64,000 nucleotides of DNA, from the NCBI RefSeq assembly GCF_004010195.1, contig NC_057728.1, forward strand, positions 45,541,419 to 45,605,418. Direction: 5' to 3'. Positions within the stretch are counted from its first letter, which is position 1; each line of letters opens with the position of its first letter. Below, in pieces: positions 62,211 to 64,000 of this stretch. This stretch comes from Chiloscyllium plagiosum (Eukaryota). The notes beneath the pieces are model-generated. The model ran no database searches. It worked only from the letters and a program-made list of their open reading frames with translations, and was not told the origin of the DNA. Made by a program: the position numbers and the translations under genes.

Positions 62211-63972
62211 GAGTCATAGAATCATAGAGATATATAGCACAGAAACAGATCTTTTGGTTCAACTCGTCCATGCCGACCAGATATCTTAACCTAATCTAGT
62301 CCCATTTGCCAGCACTTTGACCATACCACTCTAAACCCTTCCCATTCATATACCCATTCAGATGTCATTAAATGTTGTAATTGTTACCAGCCTCCATCAC
62401 TTCCTCTGGCAGCTCATTCTATAACATACATGACCCTCTGTATGAAAAGGTTGCCCCTTAGGTCCCTTTTAAATCTTTCCCTTTTCACCCTAAACCTATA
62501 CCCTGGACTCCCCCACTCCAGGGAAAAGATTTTGTCTATTTATCCTATCCATACCCCCCACGATTTTATAAATCTTTATAAGGTCACCCCTTAGCCTCAA
62601 ACACTTCAGGGAAAACAGCCCCAGCCAGTTCAACCTCTCCCTATAGCTCAAATCCTCCAACCCTGACAGCATCTTTGTAAATCTTTTCTAAACATTTTCA
62701 AGTTTCACAACATCAGAACTACGGTTTATCAGAGACCAGAATTGCACACAAAATTCCAAAAATGTCCTAACCAATGTTCTATACAGCCGCAACATGACCT
62801 CCCAACTCCTTTACTCAATGTTCTGACAAATTATGGAGAGCATACCAAATGCCTTCTTCACTACCCTATCTAGCTGTGACTACTTTCAAGAAACTATGAA
62901 CCTGCGTTCCAAGGTCTCTTTGTTTAGCAACATTACCCAGGACCTTACCATTAAGTGTGTAAGTCCTGCTCTGAAATGCCTTTCCAAAATGCAGCACTTC
63001 GCATTTATCTAAATTAAACTCCATCTGCCACTCCTCAGCCCATTGTGCCCATCTGATCAAGATCCCATTGTAATCTGAGGTAAGCTTCTTCACTGTCCAT
63101 TACAACTCAAATGTTGGTGTCATCTGAAAACTTATTAACTATACATCCTATGTTCACATCCAAATCATTTATATAAATAATGAAAAGCAGTGGACCCAGC
63201 ACCAATCCTTGTGGCACATTACTGGTCATGTGCCTCCAGTCTGAAAGGCAACCCTCCACTACCACCCTCTGTCTTTGACCTTTGAGCCAGTTCTGTATCC
63301 AAATGGTTAGTAGTCCCTGTATTCCATGAGATCTAACCTTGCTAACCAGTCTCCCATGGGGAACCTTGTCAAGCACCTCACTGAAGTCTATATAGATCAT
63401 GTCTACCACTCTGCCCTCAACAATCCTCTTTGTTCCTTCTTCAAAAAGCCTAATCAAGTTCATGAGACATGATTTCCCACATACAAAGCCATGTTGAATA
63501 TCCCTAATCAGTTCTTGCCTTTTTAAATACATGTAAATCCTGTCCCTCAGGATTCCCTCCAACAATTTGCCCACTTCCAATATCAGGCTCACCGATCTGT
63601 AGTTCCCTGGCTTGTCCTTACCACCTTTCTTAAATAATGGCACCATATTAGCAAACCTCTAGTCTTCAGGCACCTTACCTGTGACTATTGATGATACAAC
63701 TATCTCAGCATGGGGCCCAACAATCACTTCCCTAGCTTCCCACAGAGTTCTAGGTTACACCTGATCAGGTCCTGGGGATTTATCCACTTTTATATGTTTC
63801 AAGACATCCCACACCACCTCCTCTGTAATTTGGACATTTTTCAAGATGTCACCCTCTTTTCCTCATGTTCTATATCTTCCACAGCCTTTTCCACAGCAAA
63901 CACTGATGCAAAGTAATTGTTCAGCATCTCCCATCTCCAATGGCTCCACACATGGGCTGCCTTGCTGATCAA
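62211..63972 (-). mobile_element. HER1/CR1 LINE ORF2 (RT) to 3' end, frameshifted pseudo-copy
   Basis: VPLFKKGGKDKPGNYR, QHGF, VPQGLVLGPLLFIIYINDL, KFSDDT, WQMEFNLDKCEVLHFG; GAGTCATAGAATCATAGA tail. Confidence 0.95.
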
Positions 63973-64000
63973 TGTTTCGGGTCTAGCCACCCTTCTTCAG

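Noticed and set aside
1..64000. Prokaryotic or viral operon-type system
   Set aside because: No gene-dense region, long intact ORFs or compositional island; the content is explained by vertebrate repeats and non-coding DNA

Overview
AT-rich, CpG-depleted vertebrate genomic DNA with four N-gaps. It is almost certainly from a cartilaginous fish (shark), inferred from many HE1-type tRNA-derived SINEs, their partner HER1/CR1 LINEs, Deu-domain SINE remnants and shark-type Penelope-like elements (PLEs). I recognise no host protein-coding gene, rRNA, true tRNA gene or CRISPR array. The longer ORFs in the track are decayed retroelement fragments, their antisense shadows, or ORFs running through N-gaps. 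The window looks intronic or intergenic. The main signals are: (1) about ten minimal hammerhead-ribozyme cores at the ends of three PLE families, several intact; (2) PLE insertions with inverted or fully palindromic architecture; (3) a tRNA-like SINE head that in one copy runs straight into a LINE endonuclease N-terminus, while three other copies join it to that LINE's 3' tail; (4) unusually long (60-200 bp) flanking duplications and one templated inverted insertion at retroelement sites; (5) two CTCF-like motifs and several weak orphan exon candidates. Family names come from recognition by eye, not from a database search, and boundaries of old repeats are approximate.
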